Positions 51,977 through 62,684 of a stretch of 64,000 bases of DNA are shown here, one piece after another. The stretch is from Chiloscyllium plagiosum (taxonomy: Eukaryota), in assembly GCF_004010195.1 (NCBI RefSeq), contig NC_057757.1, positions 1,488,723 to 1,552,722 of the forward strand. Reading direction: 5' to 3'. The notes below the pieces were generated by a model. The model had not been told where the DNA came from and ran no database searches. It saw only the letters and a program-made list of their open reading frames with translations. Made by a program: the position numbers and the translations under genes. Position 1 is the stretch's first letter; each line of letters opens with the position of its first letter.

Positions 51977-52340
51977 CCATCTATAGAATCCATCTACCAT
52001 GCCCGCTGTCAAGGAAAGGCCGCAAGCATTCTCAAAAATCCATCCCACCCTGGCAATGTTTTTCTACCATCAGGAAGAAGGTACAGAAGCCTGAACACAT
52101 GCACCAGCCAGTTTCGGAACAGTTTCTACCCTACTGTTAGAATACTGAATGGACTCTCAAACTTTTAACATTTGCCTGAACCTGTGTTTTTGTTTTTGCT
52201 GCTGTTTATCTTTTATTTACTTAGCTATGCTATTTAACTCTGTGATCTGCCTGTATTGCTCATAAGGCAAAGTTTTTCACTGTGCCTCGGTACACGTGAC
52301 AATAAATCCAATTCAATCCAATTCAGTTCAATTCAATTCA
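51977..52340 (+). mobile_element. Rex1/Babar-like LINE 3' fragment in env
   Basis: PSIESIYHARCQGKAASILKNPSHPG..LPSGRRYRSL..FRNSFYP and (caatt)n-like tail after aataaa. Confidence 0.8.
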
Positions 52341-53122
52341 TTTTTCCCGATTACTGTTCCCTGGTCCAACTACCTGGGAATGGGGTTGGGGTTTCCCTAC
52401 CAAACGTTCAGTTTCACCTGAATTCTGCACATATTGGAGGGATGCTAAGGCTTTGGGCAACAGTAAAGCCCAGTCTGTGGGCTACACATTTCTTAGTGCT
52501 TTTTCCTTAGGAGGATCTGCAGGAATTATTAGCCACCCAAATTGAAATTATATTATTTGCGGTCTCACCCTCTTGGGCAACAAGACTGCCTCGGCCTTAG
52601 CAGGAGTTAAGGGTATGCTCTCAGAATTATGTCTATTTTCCGGTATGCTCTCGACTACCTACTCACCAAACAGGGTGGGGTTTGCGCCATAGTGAAGGGC
52701 AAATGTATGATGGGGGTTACCAGCCTCATCGAGAATATTAACAAGCATGTGGATAACATCCGCACCTTCGTCAGTTAAATGACAGAAGACTCTGGATGGG
52801 GAGATTGGGGTGTTGACTCATGGTACAACTGGTTGATAAATCTATGTATATTGGTATTATTTTAATTTGTCTCTTTGCTGGCATTGCTATAGTTAAATGT
52901 ATTATTGTTAAGTTAATGAATTCTGTTGACAACATCAGTTCCCCCCAGAAAATGCTTCTTCTCTATCCAAGTGAAGGTGAGGAGGAGCAGTTGCCCACCC
53001 CTGCTTCCTCGGAGGAGGAGGAGGAGGAGGTATGGCAGGCTCTAGCATCCGTTCGATTGGACTAAACTAATCTATGCCCTCCCTCCTACGGTGTGATCAT
53101 TGGAATGACCAAAAGGGGGAGA

Positions 53123-53572
53123 TGAGGATCTGAACCTGAATACTGGCTGAGGTAACTAGTTGTTGTCAAGAACAACCACTTAATAGATGCTCTTAATAAC
53201 TTAGGTGGCAACAAGATGGCCTCTCGATGCAAATATCATGACAAAATGGCTTCGAGGCTGCAAATTGACAATTCTGCTAAAGCTGCATAAATGGCTTTTA
53301 AGTTACTAACTGCTAATTCTGCTATAACTGCATAAGTGACTAACCACAGTCTGTTTCAATAGAGATTAGCAGATAATACTCCCTTTACGCACAGAAATAA
53401 CTAGACTAGATAAGACATTACTGGCCACCTTCAGATGTAGGTGCAATGGCTAGGTTTGTGAGATAAGGGTAGCCTGAGTATTGGAAAATAAAGTTGGTTC
53501 CCAGGAAATATCATTGGACTGAGTAACTGTCAAATAAAGCAGTATCATGTATTGATTGATGATTGATAATTG
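53123..53572 (+). repeat. ERV 3' LTR, truncated before R-U5
   Basis: Aligns to 44757-45199, then passes abruptly into a CR1 fragment. Confidence 0.9.
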
Positions 53573-54450
53573 CCTGTATCATATCTGCCTCCACCACCAC
53601 CCATGAGAGTACGTTCCAGACTCCCACCACTCTCTGTAAAAAAACTTGGCCCTCACATTTTAGATTAGATTAGATTCCCTACAGTGTGGAAACAGGCCCT
53701 TCAGCTCCACCAGTCCACACTGACCCTCCGAAGAGTTACCCATCCAGACTCATTTCCCTCTGACTAATTGATCTAACACTATGGGCAATTTAACGTGGCC
53801 AATTGACCTGATCTGCACATCTTTGGACTGTGGGAGGAAACCGGAACACCCAGAGGAAACCCACGCAGACACAGGGAGAATATGCAAACTCCACACAGTC
53901 ACCCGAGGCTGGAATCAAACCTGGGACCCTGGTGTGTGAGGCAGCAGTGCTAACCACTGAGCCATTGTGCTGCCCCATCTCCTCTAAACTTTCCCTCTGT
54001 CACCTGAAATGCATGCTACTTAGCACAGTATTAGACATTTCAACTCTGGAAGAAATATTCTGAAAGTCAACCCTATCTATGCTTCTCTTAATTTTGTCAG
54101 CTTCAATCAAGTTAGCCCTCATCATCTGCCTTTCCAGAGTTTTTCTAGCCCCTCCTGATAGCTCATACTCTCTAATCAAGGCAGCATCCTGCTAAATCAC
54201 TTCTCCACCCACTGCAAAGCCTCCATATCCTTCCTGTGATATGGTAACCAGATTGAACGCAATACTCTTAAGTGTGAACGAACCAAAATCTTATAAAGCT
54301 GCAACATGAAATCCTGACTCAATTCAGTTGTGCTTGATTCCCCAACCAATAAAGGCAAGCAGTCCATACACCTTCTTTGCCATCCTTTCTAGTTGTGTGG
54401 CCACTTTCAGGCAGCTATGGACTTGAACCCCAATATCTCTCTGTACATTA
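53573..54450 (-). mobile_element. CR1 fragment with nested HE1-like SINE (53660-53977)
   Basis: CR1 C-terminal motifs on both sides of a full SINE on the minus strand. Confidence 0.8.
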
Positions 54451-54769
54451 TATGTTGACATGAAAAGCTCACCTGAATGCATTTTGAGAAATCTGTCCCT
54501 TTAAATCCTTAACACTATGACTATTCCAAATAAGTTGAGGCATTTGAAATCCCTAATAAAGTTGAGCTATTATACACCTCAGTGAATTATCAACATATTT
54601 ACCTGTTGGGGACGTATAATTCACTCCTCTCCTCATTGGACCGAAGGGTCTATTTCTGTGCTGTATATCTCTATGACCCAACTGTCATAACAGATATCTT
54701 AAGTAATAATATAACACCCGCTCCTCCTTTACTGTATCTTGCCAGAAGTTCCTACGATACAGAATGTAA

Positions 54770-55420
54770 GCTGGCAGCCAAGAAGGGAAATGTAATGTTT
54801 CCTTCACGCTGCTAGAATTCAAGTCCAGGAGCAGGGCTGTGTTGCGACAGTTGTACAGAGCCTTGATGAAGTCGCATCAGGAGTATTGTATGCAGTTTTG
54901 GTTTCCTTATCTGAGGAAAGTTGTTCTAGCTATCGAGGGAGAACAACAACGGACTGATTTCTGGGATGGCAGGACTCATGTATGAAGAGAGACGAGATTG
55001 GTTCGCATTATAATTACACTGGTTCAGAAGAATAAGGGGGCATCTCAGAAACATATGAAGTTCTAACTGGGCAAGATGAGGTGAGCACAAGAATAATGTT
55101 CCTGATGACCAGAAATTCAAGAACCAGAGGTTACAATCTAAGGATATGGGATAGATCATTTAGGACAGAGATGAAGAGAAATCTCTCCATCCAAAGAGTG
55201 AAGAACCTGTGAAATTCTCTGCCACAAAAAACAGTTGAGGCCAAAATATTGAATATTTTAAAGGAGTTAGATATAGCTTTTAGTGCTGACGGGATCAAAA
55301 GTACAGGGAGAAGTGGAAACAGGATACTGAATTGGTTGATCAGTCATGATCATCTTGAATGGCAGAGCAGGCTTTGAGATCTGACTGGCCTACTCTTGCT
55401 CCTAATTTCTATGTTTCTAT
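54770..55420 (+). mobile_element. CR1 LINE 3' fragment
   Basis: LYRAL..EYCMQFWFPYLRK and 3' UTR ending ttctatgtttctat. Confidence 0.8.
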
Positions 55421-55615
55421 CCGATAGCTACTGGTATAAAGACAGCTATAGGTGGGCTTGTGACCATGTGGCATACTTTGCAGCTAAAACCATGTGACTC
55501 AGCTTTTCAAGTTTAGGGGGGGTACCTTGATAAAAACATTTGGTGCCAGATGAAGGTATTGGACTTTGGACATACTGAGACCTAATTCTTACCCATGCTG
55601 GCTACATTTTGTATA

Positions 55616-55784
55616 CAGTGAAACCTTGGTTATCCAAACACCAATTATCCGAATCTCTGATTATCCGAACAAGATCTCAATGCTTGGGTAAACTGTGTTA
55701 TCCAAACATTTGATTATATGAACATTCGATTATCCGAACAAAATACTCCCCGCCCGTGTCGTTCGGATAATTGAGGTTGCCCTG
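55616..55784. mobile_element. Tc1/mariner (Tigger/pogo-type) MITE
   Basis: TA on both flanks; 24 bp terminal inverted repeats (TIRs) starting CAG (18/24 match); internal repeated ttatccgaa motif. Confidence 0.8.
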
Positions 55785-56037
55785 TACTCCTCTTCTGTAA
55801 ATTACAACCACACTATGCTTGGTAGATGAGACCCAGTCCTGAGTTCTTAAATCCAGAGGAACACTAGCCTTGATTTGGTTTTGATTAAATTGTGGCACAG
55901 TGGGCCTTGGCCGGCAGGTCAGCTCCCCGATGACACAAGATTCCATCTGAGGAAGTGAGGATTCAAAAGAATACCAGCCCTTTCCTTTCCTGAGACCAGT
56001 TATGATAATATACAATGGTAAGGAGTATTTTGAAGCA

Positions 56038-57208
56038 GGCAAAAGTGAGGACTGCAGATGCTGGAAACCAGAGTTTAGATCAGAGTGGTGCTGGAAAAGC
56101 ACAGCAGGTCAGGCGGCATCCGAGGAGCAGGAAAATCGATATTTCAGGCAAAAGCCCTTCATCAGGAATGGAAGCAGGGAGCCTCCAGGGTGGAGAGATA
56201 AAGGTGGGGGGAGAGGTAGCAAAGAGTGAATAGGGTGGGGATGGAGGTGATAGGTCAGAGAGGAGGGTGGAGCGGTTAGGTAGGAAGGGAGATTGGCAGG
56301 TAGGACAGGTCATGAGGGCTGCTGAGCTGGAAGGTTGGAATTTGGGTAAGGTGGGGGGAGGGGAAATGGGGAAACTGGTGAAGTCCACATTGATGCCCTG
56401 GGGTTCCGAGGTGAACGATGAGGCGTTGTTCCTCCAGGTGTTGGGTGGTGAGGGAGTGGCAGTGAAGGAGGCCCAGGACCTGCATATCCTCGGTGGAGTG
56501 GGAGGGGGAGTTGAAATGTTGGGCCACGGTTGGTGGAGTTGATTGGTGCGGGTGTCCCGGAGATGTTCTCTGAAGCGCTCTGCGAGGAGGCGTCCAGTCT
56601 CCCCAATGTAGAGGAGACTGCATAGGGAGCAACGGATACAATAAATGACATTGGTGGATGTGCAGGTAAAACGTTGATGGATGTGGAAGGCTCCTTTGGG
56701 GCCTTGGATGGAGGTGAAGGAGGAGGTGTGGGCACAGGTTTTGCAATTCCTGCGGTGGTAGGGGACGGTGCCAGGACTGGAGGGTGGGTTGTTGGTGGGC
56801 GTGGACCTGACCAGGTAGTCACGGAGGGAATGGTCTTTGCGGAAAGTGGAAAAGGGATGGGGAGGGAAATATATCCCTGGTGGTGGGGTCTGTTTGGAGG
56901 TGGCGGAAATGTCAGCGGATGATGCGGTTAATGTGAAGGTTGGTAGGGTGGAAAGTGAGCACCAGGGGGGTTCTGTCCTTGCTATGGTTGGAGGGGTGGG
57001 GTTTGAGGGCAGAAGTGCGGGATGTGGATGAGATGCATTGGAGGGCATCTTTAACCATGTGGGAAAGGAAATTATGATCTCTAAAGAAGGGGGCCATCTG
57101 GTGCGTTCTGTGGTGGAACTGGTCCTCCTGGGAGCAGATACGGGGGAAGCGGAGGAATTGGGAATACGGGAGGTAGGTGGGAAGAGATGTAATCCAGATA
57201 GCTGTGGC
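56038..57208 (-). mobile_element. Penelope-like element, 5' truncated, relatively young (family A)
   Basis: TSD ttttgaagca (56028-56037, 57209-57218); CKTC..FTCTSTNVIYCIRC..LYIGETGRLLAERFREH GIY-YIG; hammerhead ctgatgaagggcttttgcctgaaa at ~56140-56165. Confidence 0.92.
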
Positions 57209-57250
57209 TTTTGAAGCAACCTAGTGAGCTACAAGCTGAATCAATATTAC

Positions 57251-57309
57251 CTTATGCTCGTGATCTTCACTCCTGCGTATCCCTCTATATCGTTATAAAT
57301 TATGTCCAT
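57251..57309 (-). CDS. MUC3/MUC17-like: Transmembrane mucin, SEA domain exon B
   Basis: Acceptor ctcttttcaag|, donor |gtaata; 59 nt, phase 0->2. Translates MDIIYNDIEGYAGVKITSI(R), the segment just before the SEA cleavage motif. Confidence 0.9.
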
Positions 57310-58179
57310 CTTGAAAAGAGGAAACATGACAGAAGTTTGTGATTGTAAATGTACTTTTAATTTAATTAAAAGAACCGAGTTAACTAAGTTCAGCACAATC
57401 TCTCCATCGCCCCACCCCCTTCAATCTCTGCTCACATCTGCTATGTTGATGACATTGAAAGTTTGGAGACTGGCATTATGCCAAAGAACTGAAAGCAAAA
57501 AAATCTTAAGACCAATGTTCTGTAAAGGTGCTAGCCATGGCAATTGTGAATTAATTTCAAGTGCAAAATGGATTTGACCATTGGAGCGGAGTAAATTAGT
57601 TGTGGGATCACATTAGATTTGGCCTGATCTACATAACAGTTATCAAATAATTTTCTTTTCAAAAAATAACAGTGCATGAATCAAAAGCATGGATTGGATA
57701 TTGCAACCATAGGTTTTCAGAAAGCTGGATAAGAGATTTTAACCAAGTTAGGATCAGTAATATTAAAGTAATCAGACCTGCATTAGTGGAGAAATGGCTA
57801 AAGAAAGATAAGTTGTTGGTTGTTGATTTGGAGTTTATAATCTATTTCCAGTAAGACATAAATGTGTATAATTGTAGTAAGTTAGTAGAAAATCAGGAAA
57901 ATGAATGAAAGCTGATTGCAAGAAGATTTAGAAAAGCTCATGGACAGGTGGATATTTACAAAAATGCCATTCAAGTGAGAGAAACATTGAAGTCATATAT
58001 CTTGTTACAGGACATATTCAATAGAGATAAATACAAAATAGTAAGGACTGGGAGAACCTATACAGAAATGGCTGTAAAAACAGAAGTTCAATGAGATTGT
58101 ATATATTGGGGCAATTAATATGAAAGCAAAGTAGCAATGTTGAACTGCTGGAGTAAAATTTGCAATCCTGCGCACCAAC

Positions 58180-58298
58180 CTGTTGTTTAAAGTCACTCTC
58201 AAAATTTTGGAACTCAGATGATGTGATGTCATTCAGTTCTGTTGTATACTTCTGATTTATTATTCTGACAGAAATATTGACAGAGATTTCAACAGCAT
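58180..58298 (-). CDS. MUC3/MUC17-like: Transmembrane mucin (MUC3/12/17 family), SEA domain exon A; most 5' exon confidently found
   Basis: Acceptor ttttacag|, donor |gttggt; 119 nt, phase 1->0. Translates (x)AVEISVNISVRIINQKYTTELNDITSSEFQNFESDFKQQ, matching the N-terminal SEA pattern (ELxDxxSxEFxxF) of MUC3/17. Confidence 0.9.
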
Positions 58299-58999
58299 CT
58301 GTAAAACATCAAATAGAGTTTCATTAATCATTCCTCAGACAAAATCTTACCTCAAGAGAGGTGATAAGGGGAATTTTGTTTTCACACTGAGTTGTAATGA
58401 TTTGGAATGCACTGGTGGATAGGAAGATGGAAATGGATTATATAGTTGCTTCAAGAATTGGATACATAGTTGAAGATGACATTTTTTTTGTAGATTTGCT
58501 GTAGGTAGGGATGTCAACCCTCTAGTTGCATGAAGGCTGAAATAATGGAAGAGAAAGATGATCTTAGCGAGTTGTGTGACAAATACAGTGCACGTATAGA
58601 CAATCACCTTGGGAAAGATTAGGACCTTACCATGAGTATCATTCAGCAGTAAGCAATAACATCTACTTGAAAATATGCTGCTTATAGTAAAAGTGACTGT
58701 GCATCCAACCCCCTGGAAGAGGAAAGAATTTGAAAAAGAACTGGGAGGTGGGAGAGGGCTGTGCGGCAGCCATATCACTGTGAAGCAGACTGGGAGAGCA
58801 GACAACAGTGGGATTCAGGACACAATGAAGGATAAAATTCTAAAAATAAATAAGATATTAAAAATATTTTTTCTAGTGTACATGCCACTGCCATCCAGAT
58901 GTGTTGAGTTTCTCCAGCACTTTGTATTTTTATTTCAGATCTGCAGCATCCATAATTCTTTGTTTTTTTTTTCAAAGAAGCAAGCAGTCAGCCCAGAGT

Positions 59000-59990
59000 G
59001 CATCTCACTTAAGGACAGTTTTTCCATGTTGGAATATGGCGAGATTGGTAGATCCTTTGGGGAGTGCATTCAGAGCCCAAGGAGGGAGCATACAGAGAGG
59101 AAGAGCTTTGATAGTGGTAGGGCACAGGCAAGTAACTCTCGGTTCATGGATGTGATTCCAGAATGGTACTTTGCCTCCCAGGGTCAAGGATGCCACTGAA
59201 CAACAACAGGACGTTCTGAAGGGGGGCGGTGAATGGTCAGAGCTAAGGTTCACATTGGAACAAATAGCATAGTTCAACAGAGGGACGAGGTTCTGCAAAA
59301 AGCATTTAATAAATTAGATATCGGTTTGAAAGGCAGAACCTCAAAGGTTATAATCTCTGGATTATTCCAAGTGTCATATGGTACTGCATAAGTGGATAGA
59401 ATGGATGAATTTGTGGCTGAACAGTTGGAACAGGAGGGAGGGTTAAAGATTCCTGGATTATTGAGTCTGTTTCTCGGCATGGTGGGACCTGTACCAGTCC
59501 GGTGGGTTGCACCTGAACTGCAAAGTTGCCAATATCCTCACTAGAGAGTTTGCTAGCGATGTTGGAGTGTGATACAATGGAGGTACAGTAGTGTGTGAGG
59601 CCTGACAGTTTGGCAGTAGAGTGTATGTAATCAAATTAAGACACAAGGGATCTTGGCAAGATTGGATGACATTTATTTTAATGCAACGAGTCTTGTGAGA
59701 AAGCCAGATGAGTTGACGATGTTGATTAACACATGGAGTTATGACATCATACCTCCACAGAGGCATGATTGAGGGAGGTACAAGGCTGGCAGCTCAATAT
59801 TCTGGGTATAGAATGTTCAGGCGAGACCGGGAGGGGTGTGTAAGAGGAGAGGATTTTGCCATATTGATCAAGGAGTCAATTATTGCAGTAAGTAAGTATG
59901 ATATCTTCTTAATTGTTTCTCAAAGGCTTCTCAATTGAGCCATATGAGTAGAACTTCAAAAGCAAAAAAGGGGTCACTCTCATTGCTGGA
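59000..59990 (+). mobile_element. CR1 ORF1 (SGNH esterase-like) and APE start, decayed
   Basis: VHIGTNSI, KVIISGL, GGLHLN; GYRMFRRDREG. Confidence 0.7.
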
Positions 59991-60539
59991 ATTATTAATG
60001 TTAATGTCCTTGTACTTTCCGCTTTAGCTTTCCACAGCAGCCTTGAATAAATCTTCTCTGGACCTGGGGACCTCTCCAGTTGTCAGCTCACCAAAATCAT
60101 TCATACTCCTCCCTCTCAATAGAAAGGTGTTCCAGTGTATCACCATCTTCTTACCTGATTTCTGTACCTACATCATTCTTCTCTATCATGTATAAAGATG
60201 TAAAGTACTCTTTTGAAATCTCATCCAAGTCTATTGGCTACACATACAGATTGCCACTTAGGACTCTGCTCAGTCCTGTACTTTTCCTGATTATCCACTT
60301 GCTCTTAATCTACTTAGAAATGCGTTTGGATTTTTTTTACTCAGTACTTCTCTAATTTCTTTAAGTTACCCCCTATACTTTCAATGTACATCTGAGACAT
60401 GGTTTTCTGAGCCCTAGGCATCCACCAAATCCTGTTTTTCCTTATCCAATCCTGTACATTTCATGATATGCACAGTTCTCTGTTTTGGCCCTACTCCAGA
60501 GAAGGGATGCTAGAGGACTGGAGGTCATCTTTTGTACTA

Positions 60540-61044
60540 ATATTCAGGAAGAATTGTAAGGATAAACAAGGGAACTAAAGGCCAGGGTGCCTGACATGAG
60601 TGGTAGGGAAATTATTGGAAAATAGGCTGAGGGGCAATCTACACTTGGAGAAGCAAGGATTAATCATGGATAGTCAGCATGGCTTTGTCAGAGGAAAATC
60701 ATATCTGACAGGTTTGATTGAGTTTGTTGTGGAGGTGACTAGATGTGTAGATGAGGGCAGTGTGGTGGATGTAGTCAACAAGGACTTTGGTATAGCTACT
60801 GACAAGGTCTGACATGGGAGACTTGTCAAGAATGTAAGAGCCCCTGGAATCCAGGACATTTTGACAATTAGATCCAAAATGTGTTTAGTAGCAGGAGGTG
60901 GAGGGTAATAGTTGCAGGTTATTTTCTTGACTGCAAGCCTGTGTTCAATGGCATACCTCAGAGGTCAGTGCTGGGTCCTTTGCTTTTTATTGTCGACATG
61001 AATGATCCAGACATGAATGTATGTAAACTTGCTCGCTTAGCTGG
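60540..61044 (+). mobile_element. CR1 RT fragment
   Basis: SQHGFVRGKSYLT, GIPQRSVLGP; ends at the gap. Confidence 0.8.
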
Positions 61045-62229
61045 NNNNNNNNNNNNNNNNNNNNNNNNNNNNNNNNNNNNNNNNNNNNNNNNNNNNNNNN
61101 NNNNNNNNNNNNNNNNNNNNNNNNNNNNNNNNNNNNNNNNNNNNNNNNNNNNNNNNNNNNNNNNNNNNNNNNNNNNNNNNNNNNNNNNNNNNNNNNNNNN
61201 NNNNNNNNNNNNNNNNNNNNNNNNNNNNNNNNNNNNNNNNNNNNNNNNNNNNNNNNNNNNNNNNNNNNNNNNNNNNNNNNNNNNNNNNNNNNNNNNNNNN
61301 NNNNNNNNNNNNNNNNNNNNNNNNNNNNNNNNNNNNNNNNNNNNNNNNNNNNNNNNNNNNNNNNNNNNNNNNNNNNNNNNNNNNNNNNNNNNNNNNNNNN
61401 NNNNNNNNNNNNNNNNNNNNNNNNNNNNNNNNNNNNNNNNNNNNNNNNNNNNNNNNNNNNNNNNNNNNNNNNNNNNNNNNNNNNNNNNNNNNNNNNNNNN
61501 NNNNNNNNNNNNNNNNNNNNNNNNNNNNNNNNNNNNNNNNNNNNGTACATTGTGGAACTAACAAACAACAAACTGGAACAACTGACCAGGTTCTCCCAGA
61601 GAGTGAGCAGGTGGACCTATTCCAAACTGAATCAACCTTTCCAGGCCGACTGCTTTATGCAGCATCCTTCATAACCATGCAATCTCCCATCATCAGGTTT
61701 TGTTTTCATTATCAAGTGTCACAACATTATCAATTCTATCCAATTTCACCTGCATTACCCATTTTATCCTCCATCTCCACATTGTCTTCAATTATTAAAT
61801 TACATTTCCAATATCCATCCTATCCTACACTCAATGATCTTACCTATTCTGTTGAATTGTGTTATGGATGTTTGTTTCTATTATCCTTTTAGTCCACCAT
61901 TATCTAATTTTGTCTCTATTTCCTTGTTTGAACTCCAAAATACAGAGTAGCCTCATTGCCAATTCTATCTAGTTTTGACCTAAATTATTGAGTTTGAACT
62001 TGATTATCCAGCTGTCATAGAAACATTGGAACATGAATAGGCTATTCAGCCCGTTAAGCCTGTTCTGTTATTTAATACGATCATGGATGATTGGACACTT
62101 TAATGTCTTCAATGTCCTTCAATAACCAGTTTGATTCAAATCTCCAAACTGCCCTGTATTCGCAAGCTCATCTCCCATTATTCATTTTGCTGCCCATTAT
62201 CATTTACTGTCTCTACTACATACTCGATT

Positions 62230-62522
62230 AGGGCGGCATGGTGGCACAGTGGTTAGCACTGCTGCCTCACAGCGCCAGAGACCCCGGTTCAATTCCTGCC
62301 TCAGGCAGCTGTCTGGGTGGCGTTTGCACATTGTCTGCGTGGGTTTGCTCCGGTTTCCTCCCACGGTCCAAAGATGTGCAGGTTAGGTGGATTTGGCCAT
62401 GCTAAACTGTCTGTAGTGTTAGGTGTAGAGGAATGGGTCTGGGTGGGTTGCTCTTCGGAGGGTAGGTGTGGACTTGTTGGGCCGAAGGGCCTGTTTCCAC
62501 ACTGTAAGTAATCTAATCTATA
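62230..62522 (+). mobile_element. HE1-like V-SINE
   Basis: Head, V-domain and taatc tail. Confidence 0.88.
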
Positions 62523-62684
62523 ATCCACTTTTTCCTCCATTTTACAGCTTGACTTTAAGTATACAGTTTACTTCACTATCCATGGGGTTCTCCATTATCT
62601 ACATTTCCTTCAATATGCAGTTTGCTGCCCATAATCCAGTTTTTCCTCATTCATGTATCTTGCCCATTATTATCCAGTTTTAGA

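Larger units (their letters stand above)
50578..53065 (+). pseudogene. env: ERV env remnant (gamma-type TM)
   Basis: Signal-like MMKIKLNLLCGLIIIGINA; RHKR at ~50925; Cys-rich SU fragments; ISD RYALDYLLTKQGGVCAIVKGKC (52641-52710); anchor YIGIILICLFAGIAIV; acidic tail ending before the PPT. Confidence 0.85.
44757..53572 (+). mobile_element. Defective epsilon-like (class I) endogenous retrovirus
   Basis: 5' LTR, PBS, leader repeat, gag/pro/RNase H/IN remnants, env with immunosuppressive domain (ISD), PPT aaaagggggaga (53111-53122) and truncated 3' LTR. Confidence 0.92.

Noticed and set aside
56080..57219. 379 aa ORF, the longest in the track, as a host gene
   Set aside because: It is a frameshifted read-through of a truncated Penelope copy bounded by a TSD.
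58631..58712. Exon-like segment on minus (ttccag|GGGGTT...CATG|gtaagg; GVGCTVTFTISSIFSSRCYCLLLNDTH), phase-compatible with SEA exon A
   Set aside because: The peptide does not resemble the EGF1 exon expected upstream of SEA, so it is left out without cDNA evidence.
60881..61571. Long ORFs crossing N runs (also 43475-44124)
   Set aside because: Artefacts of translating assembly gaps.
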